Positions 1 through 10,800 of a DNA stretch of 64,000 nucleotides are shown one piece after another. Location of the stretch: NCBI GenBank assembly GCA_965200505.1, contig OZ241343.1, positions 841,302-905,301 on the forward strand, in the 5' to 3' direction. Both the position numbers and the translations under genes were made by a program. Numbering within the stretch: the first letter of the stretch is position 1; every line of letters begins with the position of its first letter. The notes below the pieces were generated by a model that was given only the letters and a program-made list of their open reading frames with translations, was not told where the DNA came from and did no database searches. The DNA is from Candidatus Azotimanducaceae bacterium (GTDB lineage: Bacteria; Pseudomonadota; Gammaproteobacteria; Pseudomonadales; Azotimanducaceae).

Positions 1-655
1 GCTCGCAATCGAAGAGCGACGTGTCTGCCCGTTCGTCGCCACCCACGATCCACACGCCGCGCGCCTTGAGCCACGCCATGCGGCGCGCGACGTTGGCGAC
101 GGAGACGATGAAAAGACGCTCCAAGGCACCGCTCGCCGCCTTGGCCACGGCACCGGTCAAGCCGGCGGCGTGGCGCCGATGCAGCAACACCGCATCCACG
201 CCGGCGGCGTCCGCGGTGCGCAGGCAGGCACCGAGGTTGCGCGGGTCTTGCACGCCTTCCAAGATAAGCAGGAGCGGTTGCTGGAAGCTGGTGAAGCGCC
301 GCTCGAAGTCCTTCTCCGTGGCCGGCGCGATGGCGTGGCATTGCGCCGCCACGCCTTGGTGGACGCCCGGCGCCACGCGGTCCAGCGCGGCCCGTCGCAC
401 GCGCTCCACCGGCACTTGGGCGGCGTTCGCGGCGTCCAACAACGCGCTGAGGGCGGCCCCGCCGCGACGGCCATCGCCAATCCACAAGCGCCGCACCCGG
501 CCGGGCGCCGCGTCGAGGAGGTGCTGGACGGCATGAACGCCATGCACCCAGTCTTCGTCTTGGAGCGGCGGAGAATCTTGGGCATCGGCCGACGCCGGTG
601 CCCGGCGGCCGCGGTGCGCGTTGTCGGGCGGCTGCCCGCGGGCGCGTTGGCTCAC
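1..655 (-). CDS. rlmB: 23S rRNA (guanosine-2'-O)-methyltransferase RlmB (SpoU/TrmH family); 3' end runs off the window
   Basis: Own minus-strand translation; absent from the track because no stop lies in the window. Sequence reads ...DWVHGVHAVQHLLDAAPGRV...PLLLILEGVQDPRNLGACLRTADAAGVDAVLL...WLKARGVWIVGGDE. This matches the RlmB N-terminal IYGIHAV and the SpoU LGACLRxADAAG motif, and the gene lies directly downstream of rnr. Start is uncertain: GTG 655 or GTG 547. Confidence 0.8.
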   Translation of the reverse strand, partial: MSQRARGQPPDNAHRGRRAPASADAQDSPPLQDEDWVHGVHAVQHLLDAAPGRVRRLWIGDGRRGGAALSALLDAANAAQVPVERVRRAALDRVAPGVHQGVAAQCHAIAPATEKDFERRFTSFQQPLLLILEGVQDPRNLGACLRTADAAGVDAVLLHRRHAAGLTGAVAKAASGALERLFIVSVANVARRMAWLKARGVWIVGGDERADTSLFDCE

Positions 656-659
656 GGTT

Positions 660-2783
660 TCACCGGCGCTTGGACGCCCGGCGCACGATGGCGAGGCCCA
701 CGCGGCGGGCGGCGACGGACACTTCCTCCAACTCCACCACCAACGCGTCGCCCAACGTGTAGCGGCGCCCGGAACGCTCGCCGACGAGGCTCATGCTCGC
801 CGGCACGAAATGGAAGTAATCCGATCCCAGCCGCGAGACGTGCGCCAAGCCCTGCACACCGACGCCATCGAGTTCCACGAAGAGGCCGAACTCCGTCACG
901 CCCACCACGGTGCCGGCGAACCGTTCCCCCACGCGGTGGGCGATGAAGTCGCACTTGAGCCAATCCGCCACCGCGCGGCTCACGTCATCCGCCCGCCGCT
1001 CGGTCATGGAGATGTGCGTGGCGGTCTCGGCCAGCCAATCCGGCGGCGGGGCGGCACCGGCCTTGATGATCCGGTGTACCACCAAGTCCGCGTAGCGCCG
1101 GATGGGGGACGTGAAGTGGACGTATTTGGGCAGTGCCAAGCCGAAGTGGCCGCGGTTCTCCGGGTCGTACCGCGCTTGCGGCAGGGAGCGCAGCAGCATG
1201 GTCGTGAGAATCCAATGCGGCAGCGCTGAACGTTCACACGCCAAGCCGAAGGCCGCCTGCACGGACTTCGGCGTGAGCGGGGCGGCGCCCAACCGCACGC
1301 CGCCCAAGGCCAGCGCATCGGCGAGTTGCAGGCGTTTGTCCCCCGTCGGCGCCTCGTGGATGCGATACAGGGCGCCGATTTGCTCCAGCTCCCGCGCCGC
1401 GCAGACGTTCGCCGCGATCATGGCTTCCTCGATCAGCCGATGGGCGTCGTTGCGGGCGGCTGGCGCGATGCTCGCCACGCGGCCGTCGCGCAAGGTGAGC
1501 ACGGTCTCGTGGGCGTCCAGATCCAACGCGCCGCGCTCGTCCCGCTGGCGGCGCAACGCTTGATGCACTTCGTGCAGCGCGGCGAGGGATGGCGCGCCGC
1601 GCGGCCGGTGGTTGGCGGCGCCCCGCTTGAGCGAGGCGGCCACTTCGTCATAGCGGAGCCGCGCCTGGGATTGGATCACGGCTTCGGCGAAGGTGTGGCG
1701 GCCGATGCGCCCGGCCTCGGACACCTGCATGTCGCACACCAGCGCCAACCGCTTCTCGTGGGGTTTCAAGGAGCAAATGCCGTTGGACAGCGCCTCCGGC
1801 AGCATGGGAATCACCCGATCCGGCAGGTAAACCGAATTGCCGCGGCGCCGCGCTTCGACATCGAGCGCGGAGCCGGCCGCCACATAGTGCGCCACATCCG
1901 CGATGGCCACCAGCAGCCGCCAGCCGCCGCGCCGCCGCCGTTCGGCGAACACGGCGTCGTCGAAATCCTTGGCGTCCGCGCCATCGATGGTGACGAACGG
2001 CAGGTGAGTGAGGTCCAGACGGCCGGCGGTGTCCGCCGCGGTGACTTCGCGCGGCGCCGCTTGGGGAACCGCCGCCGGCCACTCAACCGGCACGGCGTGG
2101 CTCGCCAACATCGCGGTGGCCGCCCGATCGGCCTCATTGCGCGTCTCCAACACCCGCACGATGCGTCCGGCGAAGCGGGTGCGCCCCTCGCCGCGGCCGC
2201 GGCCGCGCCGCGGCGCATTGCCCCACAGCAGCCGCACCGCCACGATGTCGCCGTCTCGCGCGCTGCCGTCGTCTTCTTCAAGGTCGATGGCGCCCTTCAC
2301 CACCGGGTCCAGCGATTCCACGAAGCGTTTGCCGCGCCAGCCTTCGACCACATGGCCGATGACGGGCACCGCCGATGGCTCGACGATCCGTTGCACCGCC
2401 AAACCCTGCGCCCCGCGCCGGGCCTCCACCCGGTCTCCCGGGCGCACGCCCGCCGTCGCCGGCAATTCGGCGCCGCTGTCGCGCAGCTTGAGCAACCCTG
2501 CCGCTTCGACCACCTCATCGACCACGGTGAGCGCGTCCGCGTCGAGCGCGTAGGCGCCACACTCGTCGCGGCGCACCTCGCCGGCGTGTTCGAGGCCACG
2601 CAGGAGGCGCCGCAGCCGATGCGCCGCGGCACCCTTGCCCGCCCTGAGGTGCCGCGCCAAGTCTTGCCAAGTGGGGGCGCCGAGGGTCTGCAGGGCGCCA
2701 CGCACGTCCGCCGCGGTCAACGTCGCCGCGGCCGGCAGGCGGGTGCCACGGCTGCCCCGCGAGCGTCTCTTGGGGGTGCTCAA
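660..2783 (-). CDS. rnr: Ribonuclease R (RNase II/VacB family 3'-5' exoribonuclease)
   Basis: 707-aa ORF with an RNB catalytic core (FVTIDGADAKDFDDAV, YLPDRVIPMLPE, HFGLALPKYVHFTSPIRRYADL) and a C-terminal S1 domain (FAGTVVGVTEFGLFVEL) with a basic tail. Confidence 0.93.
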   Translation of the reverse strand: MSTPKRRSRGSRGTRLPAAATLTAADVRGALQTLGAPTWQDLARHLRAGKGAAAHRLRRLLRGLEHAGEVRRDECGAYALDADALTVVDEVVEAAGLLKLRDSGAELPATAGVRPGDRVEARRGAQGLAVQRIVEPSAVPVIGHVVEGWRGKRFVESLDPVVKGAIDLEEDDGSARDGDIVAVRLLWGNAPRRGRGRGEGRTRFAGRIVRVLETRNEADRAATAMLASHAVPVEWPAAVPQAAPREVTAADTAGRLDLTHLPFVTIDGADAKDFDDAVFAERRRRGGWRLLVAIADVAHYVAAGSALDVEARRRGNSVYLPDRVIPMLPEALSNGICSLKPHEKRLALVCDMQVSEAGRIGRHTFAEAVIQSQARLRYDEVAASLKRGAANHRPRGAPSLAALHEVHQALRRQRDERGALDLDAHETVLTLRDGRVASIAPAARNDAHRLIEEAMIAANVCAARELEQIGALYRIHEAPTGDKRLQLADALALGGVRLGAAPLTPKSVQAAFGLACERSALPHWILTTMLLRSLPQARYDPENRGHFGLALPKYVHFTSPIRRYADLVVHRIIKAGAAPPPDWLAETATHISMTERRADDVSRAVADWLKCDFIAHRVGERFAGTVVGVTEFGLFVELDGVGVQGLAHVSRLGSDYFHFVPASMSLVGERSGRRYTLGDALVVELEEVSVAARRVGLAIVRRASKRR

Positions 2784-2860
2784 ATTGACAACCTGCCGGT
2801 GGGAAAGTAGATTGCGCGTCCGGTCCGGGGCGCACGGCGCTGCACGGCCTGCCGCTTCAC

Positions 2861-2947
2861 GCCGAGGTGGTGAAATTGGTAGACACGCTAGCTTCAGGTG
2901 CTAGTGGGGGTAACCCCGTGGAGGTTCAAGTCCTCTCCTCGGCACCA
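2861..2947 (+). tRNA. tRNA-Leu (anticodon CAG), long variable arm, encoded CCA
   Basis: GCCGAGGTGGTGAAATTGGTAGACACGCTAGCTTCAGGTGCTAGT...GGTTCAAGTCCTCTCCTCGGCACCA. Acceptor stem GCCGAGG/CCTCGGC; anticodon stem CTAGC/GCTAG with loop TTCAGGT. Near-identical in architecture to E. coli tRNA-Leu(CAG). Confidence 0.93.
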
Positions 2948-3025
2948 CGGCCTCGCTGAACGCCGCCTCGCACCCTGCGCCGCGGTCGCGCTCCATGGCG
3001 ACGCCGCAAACCGCGGGTTCGGCCT

Positions 3026-4648
3026 CTACCGCTGGCTGCCCACTCGGTTCGCCGCTTCCAGAAACTGCCCTGCCACGATGCGCGACGGGCCTTGCGCGCG
3101 CTCGCGCTCCAAGGCGCCCTTGGGCGCCAAGTCGAGGCCCGCGAGCCCGGGATGGTCCGGCGCGTACTTGCGCACGCGGAACAGCATGTTCGCCCACACC
3201 CAACGGTTGCGGTGGAGCCTCATCGGCACTGGATCGCCTTGGGAAAGCGCCATGTTCGTGTCCAGCGGATTGATGTACTGCCAGACCATCTCGCCGCCCG
3301 GCGTCACCTCGAACATCGTGCCCTGCAGGCCGGCCAGCACCAACGTGTTGCCGTTGGCGAGGCGCTGCACGCTCGACGTGCGCTGGGAGAAGAAGCTCGC
3401 CGGCGGATCGCCGACATACTCCCACGCCGGCCGCGCTGGGGCGAACGGTTGGCCACGCGCCGGCGCCACCGGCTTGCCGGCGGCCACGGGATACTCGAAC
3501 TCCACCACCGTCGAGTAGTTTCTCTCGAAGCCCTCGAACTCGTCGCCGTTGTTGAACACCAGGATGTTGCCGGCCCCCGGCAGGCCGGGCGGGATCCAGT
3601 GCGCGCTGTGCGGCCAGAACAGCCGTTGCTCGGCCGTCGTGCCGGCGCGGTGGGCGCGGGGATTGCCCCAGCGGTACAGCAGGTCGCCGCCGCGACCGGC
3701 CCGGCCGCCCGTGCCGCCCGCCGCCTCCTCCTGCGTCACGCTGTGATCCACCACCCAAATCTCGCTGAAGTTCCGCGCCGAGATCAGCACCTGATCCAGT
3801 TCCGCGTGGTAGTCCAAGGCGTTGGCATGCAGCCAATCCGCGCGGTCGGCCTGTTTGTCCGTGCGGGAGAGTTCCGCCAGGGCGTAGTTCAGATCCACCC
3901 GCTCCGGATGCGCCGCCACGTCGCCGTAGTTCTCCTTCGTCCGGTCGAAGTCCTGGATCAGGTGGTCCCACACGGACCACCGCCAGACGACCTCGCCGCC
4001 GACCGGATAGGTTGGGCGCACCTCCACCAGCTCGTCGTGGGTGAGGCCGCGCTCCGGATCAACGAACTGCGGATTGGCGCCGGCGGCGATCGCCTCCTCG
4101 GCGGAGCGGTTGCGCGTCAGCAGCAACAGCACGTTGCCGTTCGGCAGCTTCAGGTAGTCGTGGTGCATGGGCTGCGGTGGCTCGTACTCCCATGCTGGCT
4201 GGCCCTGTGGGTCCATCTCGTACAGGTACCCCGTCAGCGTGCCTATCACGTTGCCGTTCGGCAGCAGCTTGGCGTTGACCAGGGCGTGTTCCCATTGATG
4301 CGCCACCTGCCCGGCGTTGTCGATGAGGAAGGTGCCGGCGGAACCGTTCGTGAACAGGGTGAACCCCCTCGAGACCCCCGGCTTGTTGACGACCAGGCCG
4401 AGCGGCGTCTCCATCAACGGCGGCGGGCTTCCCGCCGCCGTGAGGCTCGGTTCGTATTGCGCTGCCACGGCGCCGACTGGCAGCGGCCAATCCAGCGCGT
4501 CGATCCGTGCGGCGCCGGGCGCCTCGGGCCGTGCGGCGCCGGGCGCCTCCACCGCCAAGACGCACTGCGCGACGCCGACCAGCGCAATGGCGAGCGCGCC
4601 GCAGCGCCGCGCCGGCGATTTCATGTTCCCAAGAAGCCAAGGGCGCAT
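3026..4648 (-). CDS. Secreted arylsulfotransferase (ASST)-like beta-propeller protein
   Basis: Track ORF 3026-5002 trimmed to ATG 4648 (or 4624), giving the signal peptide MKSPARRCGALAIALVGVAQCVLA. Repeated (L)PNGN(V/T)L blades, HANALDY and WPHSAHWIP resemble ASST-family propellers. The family call is by motif only. A 24-bp near-tandem duplication at 4507-4554 encodes PGAARPEAPGAAR. Confidence 0.6.
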   Translation of the reverse strand: MRPWLLGNMKSPARRCGALAIALVGVAQCVLAVEAPGAARPEAPGAARIDALDWPLPVGAVAAQYEPSLTAAGSPPPLMETPLGLVVNKPGVSRGFTLFTNGSAGTFLIDNAGQVAHQWEHALVNAKLLPNGNVIGTLTGYLYEMDPQGQPAWEYEPPQPMHHDYLKLPNGNVLLLLTRNRSAEEAIAAGANPQFVDPERGLTHDELVEVRPTYPVGGEVVWRWSVWDHLIQDFDRTKENYGDVAAHPERVDLNYALAELSRTDKQADRADWLHANALDYHAELDQVLISARNFSEIWVVDHSVTQEEAAGGTGGRAGRGGDLLYRWGNPRAHRAGTTAEQRLFWPHSAHWIPPGLPGAGNILVFNNGDEFEGFERNYSTVVEFEYPVAAGKPVAPARGQPFAPARPAWEYVGDPPASFFSQRTSSVQRLANGNTLVLAGLQGTMFEVTPGGEMVWQYINPLDTNMALSQGDPVPMRLHRNRWVWANMLFRVRKYAPDHPGLAGLDLAPKGALERERAQGPSRIVAGQFLEAANRVGSQR

Positions 4649-4653
4649 GGTGA

Positions 4654-4683
4654 TTGTCCCAGAATTGTCGTACCGCCTATAAT
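4654..4683 (+). promoter_or_regulatory. Candidate sigma70 promoter for the giant surface-protein gene (-35 TTGTCC, 18-nt spacer, perfect -10 TATAAT)
   Basis: TTGTCC at 4654-4659 and TATAAT at 4678-4683. A perfect -10 hexamer is conspicuous in this GC-rich DNA. It would give a roughly 140-nt leader containing the C17 tract. Sequence inspection only. Confidence 0.3.
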
Positions 4684-4782
4684 TGTGCCACACAGAGCGC
4701 TGTGGGGCATGGCTGGCAATTGGCGATATTGGCGATAGAGCAGATGGAGCGGATGGTGTTTGCCGCAGTAAAGGTGGGGAGT

Positions 4783-4799
4783 CCCCCCCCCCCCCCCCC
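4783..4799. repeat. Homopolymer tract C17 (G17 on the minus strand) in the divergent intergenic region
   Basis: Counted directly: gt + 17 C + g, followed by AAAAAA. It lies 33 nt upstream of ATG 4833 and about 135 nt upstream of the ASST-like start on the other strand. Confidence 0.95.
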
Positions 4800-4832
4800 G
4801 AAAAAAGTCGGGGGCCAAAGTTCCGGCCCGGC

Positions 4833-7800
4833 ATGGCGGCGCTTAGCCGGTTCCTCGCTCGCGGGCTGCTAGCGCTGGCGGCGCTGTGCGCCGGCGCGCC
4901 GGCGTTGGCGCAGTCGGCCGCCATCACCGCATCCAGCCCCGCCACGCTGAACCAAGGCAACCTGCGTGGGGCGACGGTCTCCGTCACCCTCACCAGCGCC
5001 ACCTACCAGAGCACCGTCGCCGCCTCCCACTTCACGCTCACGACCACCATCCCCGGCCTCACCGTCCACAGCGTCGGGCTGAACACCGGCAGCACCGTCG
5101 CCACCCTGCGCCTGCACTACGACGGCTCGGACTTCAACACCGCCGCCACCATCGCCGTCACCGTGGCCGCCGCCGGCACCAGCCATAACTCGGCGCTCAC
5201 CACCTCCACCCAGGCCGTCGGCCTGGCGCGCTGGGTCAACGTCTCGGCGAAGGCCGTCGCGCTCACCGAGGGCGGCACCGGCACCTACACCGTGGCGCTG
5301 GAGAGCCCGCCCACCGGCAACGTCACCGTCACCGTCACCAGCGACCACACCGCCGCGGTCACCCGCTCGCCCAACACGCTCACCTTCACCACCACCACTT
5401 GGAGCACCCCGCAGACGGTCACGCTGACCGCGGTGGCGGACAACACGGACACGGTGGACGAGGTGGCGCTGGTGACCAACGTCGCCACCGGCGGCGGCTA
5501 CGCGGACAACGCCACGGCGAACCGCACGGTGCGGGCGACGGTGAAGGACGACGACTCGAGGACCGGCACGGACTACGACACCGACGACGACGGCCTCATC
5601 GAGATCAGCAACCACGCGCAGCTCAACGCCGTGCAATGGGACCTGGACGGCAACGGCTCGTCGCTGAACTCCGGCTACTCCACCGGCGGCACCAGCGCCT
5701 TCCCGAGCCCCGCCGCCGGCATGGGCTGCCCGGACACCAGCGACTCCAACCAGACCGGCAACTGCACGGGCTACGAGCTGATGGCGGACATCGACCTGGA
5801 CACCGACGGCGACGGCATGGCGGACTCCGGAGACGCCTATTGGAGAAGCGGCAAAGGCTGGGACCCATTGGGCGACCAAGCGAAAAAGACGTCGTCCCCG
5901 TTCACGGCCACGCTGCGCGGCAACGGCCACTCCATCTCAAACCTCTACAGCCGCGACGAGTTCCCCTCAACGGGTGCCGGTTTCGGATTCTTCGCGACGA
6001 TCCGGTTCGCCCGCATCGAATCCCTCGCCTTGCTGGACGTTGACATCGGCGACGGCAGTGGCAGTGGTTCCCCGGGGGACCTCGCGGGGACGCTCGCCGC
6101 CAGCATCGAATCCAGCACGCTGGCCGGAGTTTACGTGACGGGGTCAGTCACGCCCCATAGCACCGGGACGACCCCGACCGGCGGGTTGGCGGGAAACTGC
6201 GGAGGCGCCACCATACAGAACACCTACACGAATGTCGCAATAGGGTACGGGTATAACGTGGCCGGCTTCATTGGCGAATCAACCAATGCCACGGATTCAC
6301 AGTCCGGCGCAGGCGACAACATGACCTTTGGCGCATGCGAGATCTACAACAGCTTTGCCGTTGGCAGCGTGTCGGGGAGTGGAACGAGGAGTTCGACCAG
6401 GGTTTCGTCGGACGGCGGCCTGGTGGCGGAACCTCCCCAACCGTCCACAACCTACATCACGAGCCGCGACGCCTACTGGGACACCCAAACGACCGGCAAG
6501 TCGTCCAGCAGCGGCTCGCCGAACTCGGACGGCAAGACCACCGCCCAGCTGAAGGGCCCCACCGCGGCGACGGGCATCTTCGCGTTCTGGGACGACTACG
6601 ACACCGACGGCGACGGCCGCGTGGACGCGGACGACGCCGCCTGGGACTTCGGCACGTCGACCGAGTACCCGGTGCTGACCTGGGGCGGGCACACGGCGGT
6701 CGGGCAGCTGGGCCGCGTCGCCAACACCGCCCCCTCCTTCGGCATGGGATCCGTCACCGCCCAGACGTTCGCCATCAACACCCCCATCACCGAGTTCGTG
6801 GTGCCCGCCGCCACGGGCGGCGAGGGCACCATCACCTACACCGCCTCCAACCTGCCGGACGGCCTCGTCTTCGACGCCACCGGCACGGACACGCCCGGCT
6901 GCACGGGCAGCGAGGCGCGGGAGATCTGCGGCACGCCCACCACGGCCACCACGGCCCAGACGGTCACCATCACCGCGCAGGACGGGGACACCGACAGGAC
7001 CGCCACCGACCGCGCCACGCTGACGTTCGACGTCACCGTGAACGCCCCCCCGTCCTTCGGCTCCGGCTCCGTCACCGACAAGACCTACATCGCCGCGTCC
7101 CCCATCATGGAGTTCCAAGTGCCGGCCGCGAGCGGCGGCAACGGCACGATCACCTACACGGAGTCCGGCCTGCCGACGGGCCTCATCTTTGACGCCACCG
7201 GCACGGACTCGGGCGGCTGCCCGGGCAATCAGGCGCGGGAGGTCTGCGGCACGCCGACCACCGCCGCCTCGGCGGTGACGGTCACCATCACCGCGGACGA
7301 CGCGGACAGCGACATGACCTCCGGCGACCGCGCCACGCTGACGTTCATGGTCACCGTGGCCGCGAACCTCGTGCCGTCCTTCGGCAGCGGCTCCGTCACC
7401 GCCAAGACCTACGTCGCCGGCCAGGCCATCACGGCGTTCACCGTGCCGGCCGCGAGCGGCGGCAACGGCGCGATCGACTACGCGGCCTCGAACCTGCCGG
7501 ACGGGCTGGTGTTCGACGCCACCGGGTCGGATTCGCCCGGCTGCCCGGGCAGCCAGGCGCGGCGGGTGTGCGGCACGCCGACCACGGCCGCGGCGGCGGC
7601 GACGGTGACCATCACCGCGCAGGACGGGGACGCCAACATGGGCGCCGGCGACCGCGGCCTGCTGACGTTCTCCGTGACGGTGGAGACGGACACGGCGCCG
7701 AACTTCGGCAGCGGCTCCGTCAACAACCGGATCGTCGGCGTCAACGCCGCCATCGCCGAGTTCCAGGTGCCGGCCGCCACCGGCGGCAACGGCACGATCA

Positions 7801-10800
7801 CCTACACGGCGTCCGGCCTGCCCACGGGCCTCGTGTTCGACGCCACCGGGTCGGACACGCCCGGCTGCACCGGCACCGAGGCGCGGGAGATATGCGGCAC
7901 CCCGACCGTCCTCGGCGGTCCCACGACCGTGACCATCACCGCGCGGGACTCGGACGCCAACACCATGAACACGGACCGCGACACGCTGACGTTCACGATC
8001 ACGGTGTCGTCGGACGCGCCGCCGTCGTTCGGCTCCGGCTCGGTGCCGGAGAAGGCGTTCATCCTCAACGCCGCCATCACGGACTTCGTGGTGCCGGCGG
8101 CGAGCGGCGGCAACGGCACGATCACCTACGTGGCGTCCGGCCTGCCGACGGGCCTCGTGTTCGACGCCACCGGCACGGACTCGGGCGGCTGCTCCGGCAC
8201 GGAGGCGCGGGAGATCTGCGGCACGCCGAGCGTCGCCGGCACGGGCACCATCACCATCACGGCGGACGACGGGGACACCAACATGGCCCCGGGCGACCGC
8301 GCCACCCTGTCGTTCGCCTACAGCGTGGCGGCGGACACCGCGCCGACGTTTTCCGGCTCCGTCACCGCCAAGACCTATCCCGCCGGCCAGGCCATCACCG
8401 ACTTCGTGGTGCCGGCGGCGAGCGGCGGCAACGGCACCTTGAGCTACGCGGCCTCGAACCTGCCGAGCGGCCTGGTGTTCGACGCCACGGGCACGGACAC
8501 GCCGGGCTGCGCGGGCACGGAGGCGCGCGAGGTCTGCGGCACTCCGGACGCGGCCACCGCGGGCGCGGTGACGGTGACGATCACGGCGACGGACCTGGAC
8601 ACCAACATGCTCGGAACCGACAGCGCCACGCTGACCTTCACGGTCACGGTGAACGCCGGCGCGTCGCTGGCGTCGAGCCCGTCGCCGCTCACCGAGGCGA
8701 ACCTGAACGGCGCGGGCCTCACCGTGACGCTGGTCGGTGCGACCTACGGCTCCGGCGTCTCCGCGTCCAGCTTCCAGCTGGTCACGGCGCCGACCATCGC
8801 CGGCCTCTCCATCGGCAGCGTGTCCGGCGGCGCCTCCGGCAGCACGACGGCCACGCTGGCGCTGGCGACGGGCACCGGCTACGGCTTCAACGCGGCGTCG
8901 ACGGTGGCGGTGACGGTGCTGGCGGCGGCGCACTCCGGCCCGAGCAACCTCACCACCGGCACGCTGCCGGTGACGCCCACGCCGCCGTCGGTGCTGGTGT
9001 CGCGGCGCAGCCTGTCGCTGAACGAGGACCCGGGCGCGGGCGCCGCCAACCGGAGCACGTACACGCTGGTGTTGAGCGAGGCCCCGACGGGCTGCACGGG
9101 CGGCGTGGGGGTCTCCGTGTCGGGCGGCAACCCGGACCTCACCGTGGACCCGACGGCGCTGGCCTTCTCGACCACGACCTGGAACGCGCCGCAGACGGTG
9201 ACGGTGACGGCCGGGCAGGACGACGACAGCGAGACCGAGAGCGTCACCCTGCGCCACTCCATCAGCACCGCCTGCGCCGCCGCCGGCTACCCGGCGACCT
9301 TGGCCATCCCCAGCGTGCAGGTGACGGTGGCGGACGACGACGCGCCGCCGCTGCCGAACGAGCCGCCGGTGGCGGCGGGTTCGGTGGACGACATCGACCT
9401 GGCCCTCGGCGCGACGGCGCGGGTGCCGCTGGCAGGGCTGTTCACGGACGAGGAGCCGGAGCTGCTGACCTACGCGGTCTCGTCGTCGAACCCGGCGGTG
9501 GTGGCCGCGCGGCTGGCGTGGCCGGCCGTCGCGGTGGAGGGCGTGGGGCACGGCGGCGCCACGGTGACGGTGACTGCGACGGACCCCGAGGGCCTCAGCG
9601 CCTCGCTCGGCTTCGAGGTGCGCTCCGGCGTGACGGTGTCCTTCGCCGCGGACGCCTCGGCGCCGGAGGGGGGAACCATCCGGCTGACGCTGACGGCGAG
9701 CCGGCCCGTGCCGGCGGCGCTGGCGGTGCCGTACCTGCTGGCGGCCGGCCCGGACCCGGCGGACGCGGCCGACTCGTCCGACCGCGGCGGCGGCGCCGGC
9801 GGCACGGCGACGTTCGCGGCCGGCGCGACGCGGGCGGAGATCACGGTGTCGATTCTGGACGACGACGACGTCGAGCCGCTGCGCGAGCATTTCATCGCCA
9901 CGCTGGCGGAGCCGGCGGCGGACGCCGGCTACGGCTTGGGCCTGAAGGCCGAGGCGACGGCGACCATCGACGAGGGCGTCTGCGACCGCGACCCGGCGGT
10001 GCGCGACGAGCTGCGCCGGGCGCGGCCCTGCGAGGCGGTGGCGGACCTGTCGCGGTGGACGTCGCTGCGGCTGCGGGACGCGGGCCTCGAGCGGCTGCGC
10101 GGCGAGGACCTGCTGCAGCTCTCCAACCTGCTGCTGCTGGACGTCTCCAACAACCGGCTGGCGGCGTTCCCCGCCGCGGCGCTGACGGCGCTCCCCAACC
10201 TGTGGTCGCTGCAGCTACGGGGCAACCGCATCGCGTCGCTGCCGGCCGGCCTGAAGCATCCGGCGCTGCGGCTGCTGGACGTGTCCGGCAACCGCCTCAC
10301 GGCGCTGCCGGCGAACACGCTGTCCGGCCTCACCGGGCTGCGGCGGCTGCACCTCTCCGGCAACGCGCTCGCCGCGCTGCCGGGCGGCGCCTTCGCGGGC
10401 CTGGGTTCACTGCGGGCGCTGCGCTTGGACGGCAACGCCCTGCAGACGCTGCCGGCCGGCCTGTTCGCGGGCTTGGGCGCCTTGGAGGAACTGCGCCTGC
10501 ACGGCAACCCGGGCGCCCCCTTCATGCTGGCCGTCGGGCTCACGCGCACCGACGCCGACCCGTGGATGCCCGGCCCGGCCATGGTGGCGGCGCGGGTCGC
10601 GGAAGGCGCCCCGTTCACGCTGCGCGCCGCGCTGGCGGGCGGCCCGGCGGGCGAGGCGTCCGTGCCGGCCGGCGCCACCCAAGGCGAGCCGGTGGAGGTG
10701 GCGGACGGCGGCGCCCCGCTGACGCTCACCGCGCGGCCGGAGCCCGTCCCGGACGACCGCTGCGAGCAGGGGCTGGTCGATGTGCCGTGCTTCTCGGGCT

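Noticed and set aside
1326..4738. Long plus-strand ORFs 1326-2810 and 3092-4738
   Set aside because: They are antisense to rnr and to the ASST-like gene, both of which have strong family motifs. The translated sequences are Arg/Ala/Gly/His-rich with no motifs.
4649..5002. Upstream extensions of the ASST-like ORF (to 5002) and of the giant ORF (from 4683)
   Set aside because: Both extensions would overlap each other across the intergenic region and the C17 tract. The internal ATGs (4648/4624 and 4833) are followed immediately by canonical signal peptides.
6729..8660. Possible CRISPR-like or satellite array because of strict ~324-bp periodicity
   Set aside because: The units are contiguous with no spacers and are in frame. 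They are diverged at the DNA level while conserving the protein motifs, so they are coding domain repeats.
6297..9890. 1,197-aa minus-strand ORF antisense to the giant surface-protein gene
   Set aside because: Its composition is extremely Arg/Gly/Ala/His-rich and low in complexity, with no recognisable motif. It lies entirely opposite a plus-strand ORF that has clear domain structure. This is typical of stop-codon-poor antisense frames in GC-rich DNA.
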